Below are positions 12,323-24,074 of a stretch of DNA of 64,000 nt, piece by piece. The stretch's first letter is position 1, and each line of letters begins with the position of its first letter. The translations under genes and the position numbers were made by a program. The notes beneath the pieces are model-generated. The model saw nothing but the letters and a program-made list of their open reading frames with translations. It searched no databases and was not told the origin of the DNA. Source of the stretch: Centroscyllium fabricii. Taxonomy: Eukaryota. The stretch lies in assembly GCA_051313645.2 (NCBI GenBank), contig JBNRSN020000184.1, positions 434,001 through 498,000 on the forward strand, written 5' to 3'.

Positions 12323-12837
12323 ATATTTGTATTACAGCATTGTTCAGGCAATAAAGAGACTTTCCTCCTGAAATGAACATCTTAAAGCCTTTTTTTCAAT
12401 TATCCACTTTTCAATATACATGTACATTATATCATTATACCTTTTTCAAAGTGATTGAATTTATTATTGTTAATTATTGTTGTAATGATTTAAATATTAA
12501 AGCAATAAAATCAGCAAACATCAACAGTTTGCTCAACTTTTATTAAATCTGTAGTGGTATGATTTGAATCGTCCAATGGCAGCCTTTGAATAGTCTACAC
12601 CACGTGATCTTTGGCGATACGCTGCCGCGCGCTATGCATACGTTAGACTATCGTTGGGCATACGTTATGAATACGCTACTAAACCGCAAAAATTGAACAA
12701 AGTGTCAAAAGTTTAGCGTTTTAGACTCATTTGCATAGGCTGGCTAAAACGTCTAGGTGTGACAGGGCCTTTACATCCGTCCTTCGGATTTTGTTAAGAA
12801 ATTGGTAGTGGTATCGAGTTCAATACCAGACGGGGAG

Positions 12838-13508
12838 TGTCATGTTACATGTAATTCAAAAACATCTTAGCACCACTTAGTGGTTAATTTAAGGAACTGC
12901 AGTAAGTTTATTGTATTTTTCTATTGGTCAATCACTGTCACATGACTAAGGTTATAGTTTAGGACCGCCATTTTTGTATTGAGAACACTCAAGCAAGCCA
13001 CCCAGTTCTGTTTTGTTTAATCTTCTTCCATCTGCTCCACATTGATCCTTGGAGAAGCTTTGTTTGTAAGTTATATTATATATCTTATCTATTTAGCAAA
13101 GTATATGTGGCTATTTTCCCATTTTCCTTTGTATTTGTGACGCTGTGTATATAAACAGCTCTTTCCTCGTTACTGTATGTAGCTCAGCCATTTCAATCAG
13201 CTTATTGTTAATATGGCAACTATAAGCACTCAGATTTCATGTATACTGTATGTGTACATTTATATACTTACCTGAGGGAATTTGTGTTGTGGAAGACATT
13301 CTATTAAGAATATTCTTTTTGTATTTGTCATTTCAGTTTCACACATGGGAAAGCACTTTGATAAAATACATGTTGGTCAAGACATACAAGTAAAAGGACC
13401 TAAACTTTACTTTTGCGTCCTGGTCATCATTCAAGGGTCTCGGTGCTCAGTACAAGTGTTTAGCTACCTGTCAATTCGTGTAGAGCCACGCACGCAGAGG
13501 ACAGAATA
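12838..13508 (+). repeat. BEL 3' LTR (671 bp)
   Basis: Starts TGTCATG immediately after the PPT, matches 7289-7394, and ends at TSD GATGG. Confidence 0.85.
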
Positions 13509-13932
13509 GATGGTAGTGAGCTTCTTGAGTGTTTGTGCAGCTGCAGCTTTCCAGGGAAGTGGGGAGTTTTCCATCAGACTGCCGGTTTACTCATTCCCTC
13601 TTTACTGCAGCAATACTGCTCTCTTTGGGAATCAGACAGAATGTGTTTAGCCCTTTGCTCCAAGTTCCATCAGAAACTCTGGTACATATGTTAATCAGTC
13701 GTATTTGGACCAATGACGTTTCATAGTGCAGGACACATCAAACAAACCGCACATCAACACATTCTTCACCAAGTAACTCACCTTCAAGCAAGAGGCAAAA
13801 TGGCAGCTGCCTCCCATCCCATTGCCTCGCACACAGCAACAAAGGTACAATAATCCCCAACTCTATGTTCCTTCATCACAGGGAAGACAAAGCTTATGAG
13901 ACAAAGAAGAAAAGGACTGAAAGTTTTCTTAC

Positions 13933-14054
13933 CATACTCGCCAAATCGAAGAGACTCCCAGCGCCGCCACTCCACGAGAACACCCACCGTTCGCACTCCA
14001 GCGTAGATCAGCAGCATTCCCAGGGTGGCATCCAGCAGGAAATTAATCAGATAC
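13933..14054 (-). CDS. STIMATE: STIM-activating enhancer (TMEM110), internal exon, 122 bp
   Basis: [40 protein letters not shown] matches vertebrate TMEM110. Acceptor TTCTACTTCAG, donor GTAAGA; phase fits the upstream exon. Confidence 0.95.
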
Positions 14055-14138
14055 CTGAAGTAGAAACAGAAAAATATCAGTCGCCAGACGCAAGGCCTCA
14101 ACTCAAATCTCAGCAAAAAGATTTTTAAGTGAAATAAT

Positions 14139-14882
14139 GGGCCAGAAATTAGAGTCCGGTGCTTGCTGCATGTGCAAGCCTCCGATATGCACTTACCCAG
14201 CGCACCGGACTTTTTCATTTTTCGCGCTGTGGACTTCCGTATTTTTCCCACGGCATCCTGGGCTGCGTCTGACGTCACGCTGCCCAGGCGTGCAGCCTTC
14301 AAGTAAACGCAGGGGAGGGTTGCCAGAAAATGGCGATTGGGCATAGCTTTTAATTTATTTAATTGAAAGGCAGCGACTTTCACTCTTTCCCCCAGGGAGA
14401 CAGCGGGGGAATCAGGTGTCAGGGGCTGAGAGCCGTCTTTCCCTCTCGCTAGCTGGGAGACAGCGGGGAAATCAGGTGTCGGGCTGGGAGCCGTCTTTCC
14501 CTCACGGTTTTCTTTAGACTTACGATCACTAAAAATCAAAGGAAAGCTTTTTTTTTACATTTACCTCCACTGATAGTTATAATTCTGTTAAATAAAACCG
14601 TTCGGACGGGAGAGGGGTTGCTGAAAACATTCTTGCTCCTCCGGATCGGTTCCAGAGGCTTTACTCCTCCTCTTACTGTGCACAAATACTTGAACACTTA
14701 CACGCACTCCAGCGAGCATGAAAACGTCGGATTTTCCCTCCATGCGATCGGAACTCTGGCCTCTTCTGGCAGAGTCTCGGAAACGCCGTTTTCCTGCGCA
14801 TGCTCGGGGCATGCGGGAAACCGGTAATTCCGATCGCGAGCTGCGGGAGTACCAGGTGCGATCGGAGGGGAATTTCTGGGCC
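14139..14882. mobile_element. MITE, PIF/Harbinger-like
   Basis: TIR GG(G/C)CCAGAAATT...AATTTCTGGGCC with flanks AAT and ATT. Confidence 0.78.
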
Positions 14883-14892
14883 ATTATCTCTA

Positions 14893-15806
14893 AATGGGGA
14901 TGTTCGCTGATGACTGCACCGTGTTCAGCGCCATTCACAACTCCTCAGATAATGAAGCAGTCCATGCCCGCATGCAGCAAGACCTGGATGACATTCAGGC
15001 TTGGGCTGATGTGTGGTGCAAATGTTACCTGCCACTTAAGTGCCAGGCAATGACTCTCTCCAACAAACGAGTATCTAACCACTGCCCCTTGACATTCAAC
15101 GGCATTATCATCACCAAATACCCCACCATCAACATCCCGGGGGGGTCACCATTGACCAGAAACGTAACGGGACCCAGCAGCATAAATACTGTGGCAACAA
15201 GAGCAGGTCAGAGACTGGGTATTCTGTGGCGAGTGTCTCACTTCCTGACTCCCCAAAGCCTTTCCACCATCCACAAGGCACAAGTCAGGAGTGTGATGGA
15301 ATACTCTCCACTTGCCTGGGTGAGTGCAGCTCCAACAACCCTTTTGAAGCTCGACACCATTCAGGATAAAGCAGCCCACTTGATTGGCACCCCATCCACC
15401 ACCTTAAACATTCACTCCCTCCACCACCGGCGTACCGTGTCTGCCGTGTGTACCATCCACAAGATGCACTGCAGCAACGCGCCAAGGTTTCTTCGGCAGC
15501 ACCTCCCAAACCCGCGACCTCTTCCACCTAGAAGGACAAGGGCAGCAGGTACATGGGAACACCACCACCTCCGAGTTCCCCTCCAAGTCACACACCATCC
15601 TGATTTAGAAATATTTCACCGACCTTCATCGTCGCTGGGTTATAATCCTGGAACTCGCTCCCTAACAGCACTGTGGGAGCACCTTCACCACACGGACTGC
15701 AGCGGTTCAAGGTAGAAGCTCACCACCACCTTCTGAAGGGCAATTAGGAATGGGCAATAAATACTGGCCTTGCTAGCGATGCCCACATCCCATGAAAGAA
15801 TGAAAA
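14893..15806 (+). mobile_element. Second CR1-like LINE family (tentatively Zenon-type), RT C-terminus and tail
   Basis: MFADD and KAQVRSVMEYS motifs. Tail GCTCACCACCACCTTCT...GCCCACATCCC. Confidence 0.8.
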
Positions 15807-15809
15807 GAG

Positions 15810-16620
15810 CTATCCAATTAGTCCCGCTCCCCCTGCTTGATACCTCAGCAAATGTTTCCCTTCAAGTATCACAACTCACTGCGTAAAAAAATGTCTCCTC
15901 ATCTCCCCTCTGCTTTTTTTGCCGATTATCTTAAATCTGTGTCCTCTACTTACTGACCCTCCTGCCAATCAAACAGTTGCTTCTGAGCTACTCTATCAAA
16001 AACCCTCAATTTTGAACACCTCTATTAAATCTCCCCTTAACCTTCACTGCTCGAATTTCATTTCAGGCAGCGCATTCCAAATCATTGTAACTCGCTGTGT
16101 AAAATAATGTTTCCTCATCTCGCCTCTGGTTCTTTCGCCAATCACATTAAATCTGTGTCCTCTGGTTACTGACCCTCCCGCCACTCAACAGTTTCTCCTT
16201 ACTTACTCGATCAAAGCCCTTCATGATTTTCAACGCCTCTATTAATTCTCCCCTTAACTTTCTCTGCTCAAAGCAGAACAACCCCAACTTCTCCAGTCTC
16301 TCCACATAACGGAAGTCCCTCATCCCTGGTACCATCCTGGCAAATCTCCTCGGCACCCTCTCCCACGCTTTGACATCCTTCCTAAATTGTGGTGCCCAGA
16401 ATTGACCACAATCCTCCAGCGGAGGTCTAATCAGTGTTTTAGAAAGGTTTAGCATAACCTCCCTTACTGTTGTGCTCTCTGCCTGTTTATAAAGCCCAGG
16501 ATCCCATGAGGTTTGTTAACAGCCTTCTCAACGTGTCCAGCCACCTCCAAAGATTTGTGTATATACACTCCCAGGTCTCTCCATTCCTGCACACCCGTTA
16601 AAATTGTGCCATTTAGTATA
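15810..16620 (-). mobile_element. Old CR1 3' fragments
   Basis: ORF 16147-16455 encodes degenerate RPPLEDCGQFWAP and RLEKLGLF motifs. Confidence 0.75.
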
Positions 16621-16624
16621 TATT

Positions 16625-17032
16625 AATCAGCGCCTCGATTTCAAAATTCTCATCATTGTTTTCAAATCCCTCCATGGTCTCGGCCCTCCCTATCTCTCTA
16701 ATCTCCTTCAGACACACAACCACGCCCCCCCACACCAGAGATATCTGCGCTCCTCTAATTCTGACCCCCTGAGCATCCCGGATTATAATCGCTCAACCTT
16801 TGGTGGCCGTGCCTTCTGTTGCCGAGGCCCTAAGCTCTGGAATTCCCTGCCTAAACCTCTCCGCCTCTCTCTCCTCCTTTAAGACGCTCCTTAAAACCGA
16901 CCTCTTTGACCAAGCTTTTGGTCACCTGTCCTAATTTACCCTTATGTGGCTCGGTGTCAAATTTATTGTCTTAAAATACACCTGTGCAGTGCGTTGGGAC
17001 GTTTTAATATGATAAAAGTGCTATATAAATAC
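16625..17032 (+). mobile_element. L2 LINE 3' end
   Basis: QRLDFKIL..KSLHGLGP, GGRAF and PKLWNSLP motifs; tail GTGCTATATAAAT. Confidence 0.8.
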
Positions 17033-17309
17033 ACGTTCTTGACGCATTGACTCTCCTCAATCTTCATTCCAAAATGCATCACTTCGCACTTTGCTGCGTT
17101 ATCATTCATCTGCCATGTGTCAGACCATTTCACCATTCTGCCTATGTCCTCCTGAAATCTATTACTATCCAGTGATTCCTTGCCTCAGCCAATCTGCTGC
17201 TACAAATCCTCATCCAGGTCTTTCTTACCTCCAGATTCGACTATTCCAACGCTCTCCGGGCCGGCCTTCCATCTTCCAGCCTACACAAACTCCAGCTCAC
17301 CCAAAACTC

Positions 17310-18221
17310 TGCTGCCCCGTGTCCTAACTCACACCCAGTCCCGTTCACCCATCACCCCCTGTGCTCACTGCCCCGTGTCCTAACTCGCACCCAGTCCCGT
17401 TCACCCATCACCCCCTGTGCTCACTGCCCCGTGTCCTAACTCACACCCAGTCCCGTTCACCCATCACCCCCTGTGCTCACTGCCCCGTGTCCTAACTCAC
17501 ACCCAGTCCCGTTCACCTATCACCCCCTGTGCTCACTGCCCCGTGTCCTAACTCACACCCAGTCCCGTTCACCCATCACCCCGTGCTCACTGCCCCGTGT
17601 CCTAACTCACACCCAGTCCCGTTCACCCATCACCCCGTGCTCACTGCCCCGTGTCCTAACTCACACCCAGTCCCGTTCACCCATCACCCCCTGTGCTCAC
17701 TGCCCCGTGTCCTAACTCACACCCAGTCCTGTTCACCCCTCACCCCTTGTGCTCACTGCGCCGTGTCCTAACTCACACCCAGTCCCGTTCACCCCTCACT
17801 CCGTGCTCACTGCCCCGTGTCCTAACTCTCACCCAGTCCCGTTCACCCCTCACCCCTTGTGCTCACTGCCCCGTGTCCTAACTCACACCCAGTCCCGTTC
17901 ACCCATCACCCCGTGCTCACTGCCCCGTGTCCTAATTCACACCCAGTCCCATTCACCCATCACCCCGTGCTCACTGCCCCGTGTCCTAACTCACACCCAG
18001 TCCCGTTCACCCCTCACCCCGTGCTCACTGCCCTGTGTCCTAACTCACACCCAGTCCCGTTCACCCCTCACCCCGTGCTCACTGCCCCGTGTCCTAATTC
18101 ACACCCAGTCCCATTCACCCATCACCCCCTGTGCTCACTGCCCCGTGTCCTAACTCGCACCCTGTCCCGTTCACCCATCACCCCCTGTGCTCACTGCCCC
18201 GTGTCCTAACTCACACCGAGT
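17310..18221. repeat. 54/56-bp minisatellite derived from L2, left block
   Basis: Unit GCTCACTGCCCCGTGTCCTAACTCACACCCAGTCCCGTTCACCCATCACCCC(CT)GT. Confidence 0.95.
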
Positions 18222-18865
18222 CATAGATATATAGAAGATAGGAGCAGGAGTAGGTCATTCGGCCACTCGAGCCTGCTCCGCCATTCGATGAGATCATGGC
18301 TGATCATCCAACTCAGTACCCCGTACCTGCCTTCTCCCCATATCTCTTGATCCCTTTAGCTCTTAGAACTATATTTAACTCCTTCTTGAATATATTTAAT
18401 GACTTTGCCTCAACTACATTCTGTGGTAGAGAATTCCACAGGTTCACCACTCTCTGGGTGAAGAAATTCTTCCTCATCTCTGTCCTGACTGGCCTACCCC
18501 TTATCCTTAGACTGTAACCCCTGGTTCTGGACTCTCCGACCATCAGGAACATTCTTCCTGCGTCTAGTCTGTCCAGACCTGTCAGAATTTTGTAAGTTTC
18601 GATGAGATCCCCTCTCACTCTTCTAAACTCCAGCAAGTATAAGCCTAATCGACCCAATCTCTCCTCATACGTCATTCCTGCCATCCCAGGTATCAGCTTT
18701 GTGAACCTTCGCTGCACTCCCTCCATGGCAAGAACATCCTTCCTCAGATAAGGCGACCAAAACTGCACACAATACTCAAGGTGTGGTCTCACCAAGGCCC
18801 TGTACAACTGCAGCAGGACATCCTTGTTCCTGTACTCAAACCCTCTCGCTATGAAGGCCAACATA

Positions 18866-19552
18866 CACGGTGGCATAGTGGTTAGCACTGTTGCCTTACA
18901 GCACTAGAGACCCGGGTTCAAATCCAGCCTCGGGTGACTATCTGTGTGGAGTTTGCACATTCTCCCCGTGTCTGCGTGGGTTTCCTCCGGGTGCTCCAGT
19001 TTCCTCCCACAGTCCAAAGATGTGCGGGTTAGGTTGATTGGCCAGGATAAATTGACCCTTAGTGTTAGGGGGGTTGAATATGTGGGGTTACGGGGATAGG
19101 GTGGGGTATGTTCCTGGGACTAGGGACAGGGCCACTGGCAAGGCTTGGAAGCTAAGCAGAGCCAGGCCTGGTTAGTACTTGGAGGGGCGACCACCAGGGA
19201 ATGCCAGGTGCAGAAGGTCACGAAAGGAGCCCCGGGGAGGGGCGGTTGGCTGAAGATTGTCGGAATGATGGAAAGGCGGCGCGCACAGACGCAGCGGCTT
19301 TGCTGGACTCTTGGGAGCTTGCAAGATCACATTTCGTTGTTCATGTACTTGTACATTGTATAATGACAATAAAGTTGAATTATTATTATTATGTGTCGGT
19401 GTAGGCTCGATAGGGATCGAGGGATATGGGGAGAAGGCAGGGGCGGGGTACTGGGTTTGGATGATCAGCCATGATCTCATTGAATGGCGGAGCAGGCTCG
19501 AAGGGCCGAATGGCCTACTCCTGCTCCTATCTTCTATGTTTCTATGATTCTA
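18866..19552 (+). mobile_element. V-SINE with a nested 5S-derived insert
   Basis: tRNA head, V-domain and CR1 tail; split at TATGT. Confidence 0.88.
19112..19389 (+). mobile_element. 5S rRNA-derived SINE-like insert with Rex1/Babar-like tail
   Basis: 19144-19218 resembles the 5S internal control region (GGAAGCTAAGCAG..GGCCTGGTTAGTACTTGGA.GGG.GACC). Tail AATGACAATAAAGTTGAAT(TAT)n. TSD TATGT. Confidence 0.75.
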
Positions 19553-20125
19553 TACCATTTGCCTTCTTCACCGCCTGCTGTACCTGCATGCTTACCTTCA
19601 ACGACTGGTGCACAAGAACACCCAGGTCTCGTTGCACTTCCCCGTCTCCCAATCTATTTCCATTCAGATAATAGTTTGCCTTTCTGTTTAGGACGCCAAA
19701 GTGGATAACCTCGCATTTATCCACGTTATATTGCATCTGCCACGTCTCAGCCCAATCACCGAACCTGTCCAAATCACCCTGGAGTTTCTCGGTATCCTCC
19801 TCACAGCACACACGCCCACCCAGCTTTGTCTCGTCTGCAAACTTGGAGATATTACATCTAGTTCCCTCGTCTAGATCATTAATGTATATTGTGAATAGCT
19901 GGGGTCCAAGGACCAATCCCTGCGGTACCCCACTAGTCACTGCCTGCCACTCGGAAAAAGACCCGTTAATTCCAACCCGCTTTCTGTCCGCCAACCAGTT
20001 CTCTATCCAAGTCAATACCTTGCCCCCAATCCCATGTGCCTTAACTTTACACGCGAATCTCTTATGCGGGACCTTATCGAAAGCCTTTTGAAAGTCCGCA
20101 TGGATGAACTACAGAATTTGTTCAT

Positions 20126-20920
20126 CCCAGTCCCGTTCACCCATCACCCTCTGTGCTCACTGGCCCGTGTCCTAACTTGCAGCGAGTCCCGTTCACCCAT
20201 CATCCCGTGCTCACTGTCCCGTGTCCTAACTCACACCCAGTCCCGTTCGCCCCTCACTCCGTGCTCACTGCCCCGTGTCCTAACTCACACCCAGTCCCGT
20301 TCACCCCTCACCCCTTGTGCTCACTGCCCCGTGTCCTAACTCACACCCAGTCCCGTTCACCCATCACCCCGTGCTCACTGCCCCGTGTCCTAATTCACAC
20401 CCAGTCCCATTCACCCATCACCCCGTGCTCACTGCCCCGTGTCCTAACTCACACCCAGTCCCGTTCACCCCTCACCCCATGCTCACTGCCCCGTGTCCTA
20501 ACTCACACCCAGTCCCGTTCACCCATCACCCCCGTGCTCACTGCCGTGTCCTAACTCACACCCAGTCCCGTTCACCCATCACCCCGTGCTCACTGCCCCG
20601 TGTCCTAACTCGCACCGAGTCCCGTTCACCCATCACCCCCTGTGCTCACTGCCCCGTGTCCTAACTCACACCCAGTCCCGTTCACCCATCACCCCCTGTG
20701 CTCACTGCCCCGTGTCCTAACTCACACCAAGTCCCGTTCACCCATCACCCCCTGTGCTGACTGCCCCGAGTCCTAACTCACACCCAGTCCCGTTCACCCC
20801 TCACCCTGTGCTCACTGCCCCGTGTCCTAACTCACACCCAGTCTCGTTCACCCATCACCCTCTGTGGTCACTGCCCCGTGTCCTCACTCGCACCAAGTCC
20901 CGTTCACCCATCACCCCTAT
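20126..20920. repeat. 54/56-bp minisatellite, right block
   Basis: Same unit as 17310-18221. Confidence 0.95.
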
Positions 20921-21603
20921 TCTCACTAACCTACATTGGCTCCCGCGGGGTCTATCATTGCCTCAATTTTAAAATTCGCATTTTTGTTTTAAAATCCCTC
21001 CATGGCCTCGTCCCTCCCTATCCCTGTAACCTCCTCCAGCCCCACAACCCCCGAGATTTCTGCGCTCCTCTAATTCTGGCCTCACTCCACCATTGGCGGC
21101 CGTGTCTTTAGCTGCCAAGGACCGAAGCTTGAAATTCCCTCCCTAAACCTCTCCACCTCGGTCCCTTCTTTAAGACGCTCCCTAAAACCTTCCTCTTTTA
21201 CCGAGCTTTTGGTCACAAGTCCCAATATCTCATGTGACTCGGGGTCAAATTTAGTTTGGTTTATGCTCCTGTGAAGCACCTTTGGATGTTTTGCGATGTT
21301 AAAAGCACTGTATAAAATGAAAGTAAGGACAGTGAGCAATGGACAGTGCGGCCCAGTCAGCTGTTGTGAGCAGCAGTGACTCAGAGTGAGCAGTGAGGGG
21401 AAGTAGCAGGAGCCAGTGAACAGGGGCTGTTTGTGCTCATCAATGCCATGACTTGTGAATTTTAACAGTCACAGTAGACTCCAGTCAGCAGTGCCCATGA
21501 GTACATTTGAATCAAAAATATGGAAAACATGAATCTTAAGGCTTTTGAACAACGGCACCACAGAGTGTGGGAGAGAAACGTTACGCGTAAACACCATCAC
21601 TCA

Positions 21604-21720
<117 letters not shown>

Positions 21721-21990
21721 CTAGCATTTGAGAGAGATATTGATCAGAGTTTAAGAGAATAAACTGCTGAGAATCATTGTAATTAACAACACTGGGGACC
21801 AGAATGCTGTGTAATAATGACACCGCGCTCGGCAGGAACCGCAATAGTTAGAGATTATTGCTGCGATGTTTCATGCCAATACTATTGATTTGGCACAGCA
21901 GGTCGGGAGGGGGGGGGGGGGGGGGGGTGGGAGAGAAAAGTAGCACACATATCATAGAAACATAGAAGATAGGAGCAGGAGTCGGCCATT

Positions 21991-22283
21991 CTGTGTGGAG
22001 TTTGCACATTCTCCCCGTGTCTGCGTGGGTTTCCTCCGGGTGCTCCGGTTTCCTCCCACAGTCCAAAGATGTGCGGGTTAGGTTGATTGGCCAGGATAAA
22101 TTGACCCTTAGTGTTAGGGGGATTGAATATGTGGGGTTACGGGGATAGGGTGGGATATGTGTCGCTGCAGGCTCGAGAGGGATATGGGGAGAGGGCAGGG
22201 GCAGGGTACTGGGTTTGGATGATCAGCCATGATCTCATTGAATGGCAGAGCAGGCATGAAGGGCAGAATGGCCTACTCCTGCT
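21991..22283 (+). mobile_element. 5'-truncated V-SINE
   Basis: V-domain and CR1 tail; abuts an inverted tail fragment at 21953-21990. Confidence 0.85.
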
Positions 22284-22726
22284 CCTATCTTCTATGTTTC
22301 TATTCGGCCCCTCGAGTCTGCTCCGCCATTCAATGAGATCATGGCTGATCTTCCAAACCCAGTACCCCGTCCCTGCCTTCTCCCCATATCCCTTGATCAC
22401 TTTAGCCGTAAGAAATATATCTAACTCCTTCTTAAATATATTTAATGAATTGGCCTCTACTGTCTTCAGTGGTAGAGAATTCCACAGGTTCACCACTCTC
22501 TGGGTGTCCTAAATGGTTTACCCCTTATCCTTAGACGGTGACCCCTGGTTCTGGACTCCCCGACCATCGGGAACATCCTTCCTGCATCATACTGGAGTTT
22601 CTCAGTATCCTCCTCACCGCACACACGCCCACCCAGCTTTGTGTCGTCTGCAAACTTGGAGATATTACATCTAGTTCCCTCGTCTAGATCATTAATATAT
22701 AGTGTGAATAGCTGGTGTCCTAGCAC
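22283..22726 (-). mobile_element. Internally deleted CR1 fragment
   Basis: [10 protein letters not shown] is fused directly to DAGRMFPMVGESRTRGH. Confidence 0.8.
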
Positions 22727-23021
22727 CGCAGGAGAGCGACCCCAGCTTCTTCAGTCTATCCACGTTAACAGACGGACGCACAGAGACAGAGTGATAGGCC
22801 ACGCCTAATTTACGGCTGATAGAATCCCAGAGCGATGGGTCCACTTGCTACTTTTAACTGCAAACCTTTGCAAACACTTCAGTCTTGTCCTTTAATCGTG
22901 GCGCCTCCTCCACCTGTTAGCTCCCAGATTATTCACTTCTATTCTTAGCGAGAATGGTTAGAATGGTTACAGCACAGAAGGAGGACATTCAGCCCGGGCC
23001 GGCTCGCTGCAAGAGCACTTA

Positions 23022-24070
23022 ACATAGAAACATAGAAAATAGGTGCAGGAGTAGACCATTTGGTCCGTCGAGCCCGCACCGCCATTCAATACGTTCATGG
23101 CTGAACACAAGAACACAACACAAGAGCACAAGAACACAGGAACACAAGAACCCCAGAAATAGGAGCAGGAGTAGGCCAATCGGCCCCCCGAGCCCGCCCC
23201 CTCACCCATCAAGATCGTTGCTGATCCTACCCTAACCTTCGTACCACTATCACCCTTCTCCCACCCAAAGAACCGTGTGATCTCCTGGGAGAGGCGAAAA
23301 ACCGGATAAAAACCCAGGTCCAATTTGGGAAAATAAATCCGGGAAATTCCTCTCCGACCCCAATCCAGGCGATCGAAACTTGTCCAGGAGATCACTCAGG
23401 TCTTACTATACTAACCATAACTCAGGTCCACTTCCCTGCCCGCTCCCCGTAACCCCTAATTCGCTTGTCAGCTAAAAAACAGTCTATTTCGGTTTTAAAT
23501 TTATTTAATGTTCCCGCTTCCACAGCTCCCTGAGGCAGTGAATTCCATAGATTAACCACCCTCTGGGTGAAGAAGTTTCTCCTCATCTCAGTTTTAAAAG
23601 AGCCCCCCCTTATTCTAAGACTATGCCCCCTAGTTCTAGTCTCCCCGATCATTGGAAACATCCTTGGCGCATCCACCCGATCAAGGCCCCTCACGATCTT
23701 ATACGTTTCAATAAGATCGCCTCTCATTCTTCTGAACTCTAAAGAGTAGAGTCCCAACCTACTTAACCTTTCCTCATATGTCAACCCCCTCATCGCTGGA
23801 ATTAACCGTGTATACCTTCTCTGCACTGCCTCCAGGGCAAGTACATCCTTTCTTAAGTATGGACACCAAAACTGCACACAGTATTCCAAATGCGGTCTCA
23901 CCAATACTGTGTACAGCTGCAGCACGACCTCCCTGTTTTTATACTCTATCCCCCTAGCAATAAAGGCTAAGACTCCATTGGCCTTCCTAATCACTTGCTG
24001 CACCTGCATACTAACTTTTTGTGATTCATGCACTAATACCCCCAGGTCCCTTTGCGTTGTATTACAACGC
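23022..24070 (-). mobile_element. CR1 3' end, subfamily with a long 3' UTR, plus an adjacent second tail
   Basis: ORF 23422-24201 carries RT C-terminal motifs; (TTCTTGTG)n-like tail at 23105-23150. Confidence 0.85.
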
Positions 24071-24074
24071 AGCT

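Larger units (their letters stand above)
10277..12770 (+). mobile_element. PIF/Harbinger DNA transposon 1 (transposase only)
   Basis: 28-bp TIR AGGCCCTGTCACACCT(T/A)GACGTTTTAGC. Flanks TAA and TTA. Subterminal TACG-rich repeats. Confidence 0.93.
7289..13508 (+). mobile_element. BEL/Pao LTR retrotransposon, internally deleted, with nested V-SINE and Harbinger
   Basis: 5-bp TSD GATGG at 7284-7288 and 13509-13513. The first ~105 bp match the start of the 3' LTR. Pao RNase H motifs (TVPRLELCAA, YTDSKVVL, NPAD), integrase (SDCGTNF, GGVWER) and PPT GACGGGGAG. Confidence 0.9.
18222..20096 (-). mobile_element. CR1 LINE 3' part inserted into the minisatellite
   Basis: ORFs 18313-18888 and 19542-20015 carry CR1 RT motifs; tail at 18222. 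Confidence 0.9.
17176..21320 (+). mobile_element. L2 LINE 3' part containing an internally amplified minisatellite and a nested CR1
   Basis: L2 RT C-terminal sequence precedes the array and resumes after it as SPITPILTNLHWLP. L2 tail at 21270-21320. Confidence 0.8.

Noticed and set aside
13784-14539. 251-aa ORF as a complete gene
   Set aside because: Only 13933-14054 is the STIMATE exon; the rest is intron and MITE read-through.
19144-19218. Functional 5S rRNA gene
   Set aside because: The 5' third is missing, there are many substitutions and no T-run terminator, and it is embedded in a TSD-flanked insert.
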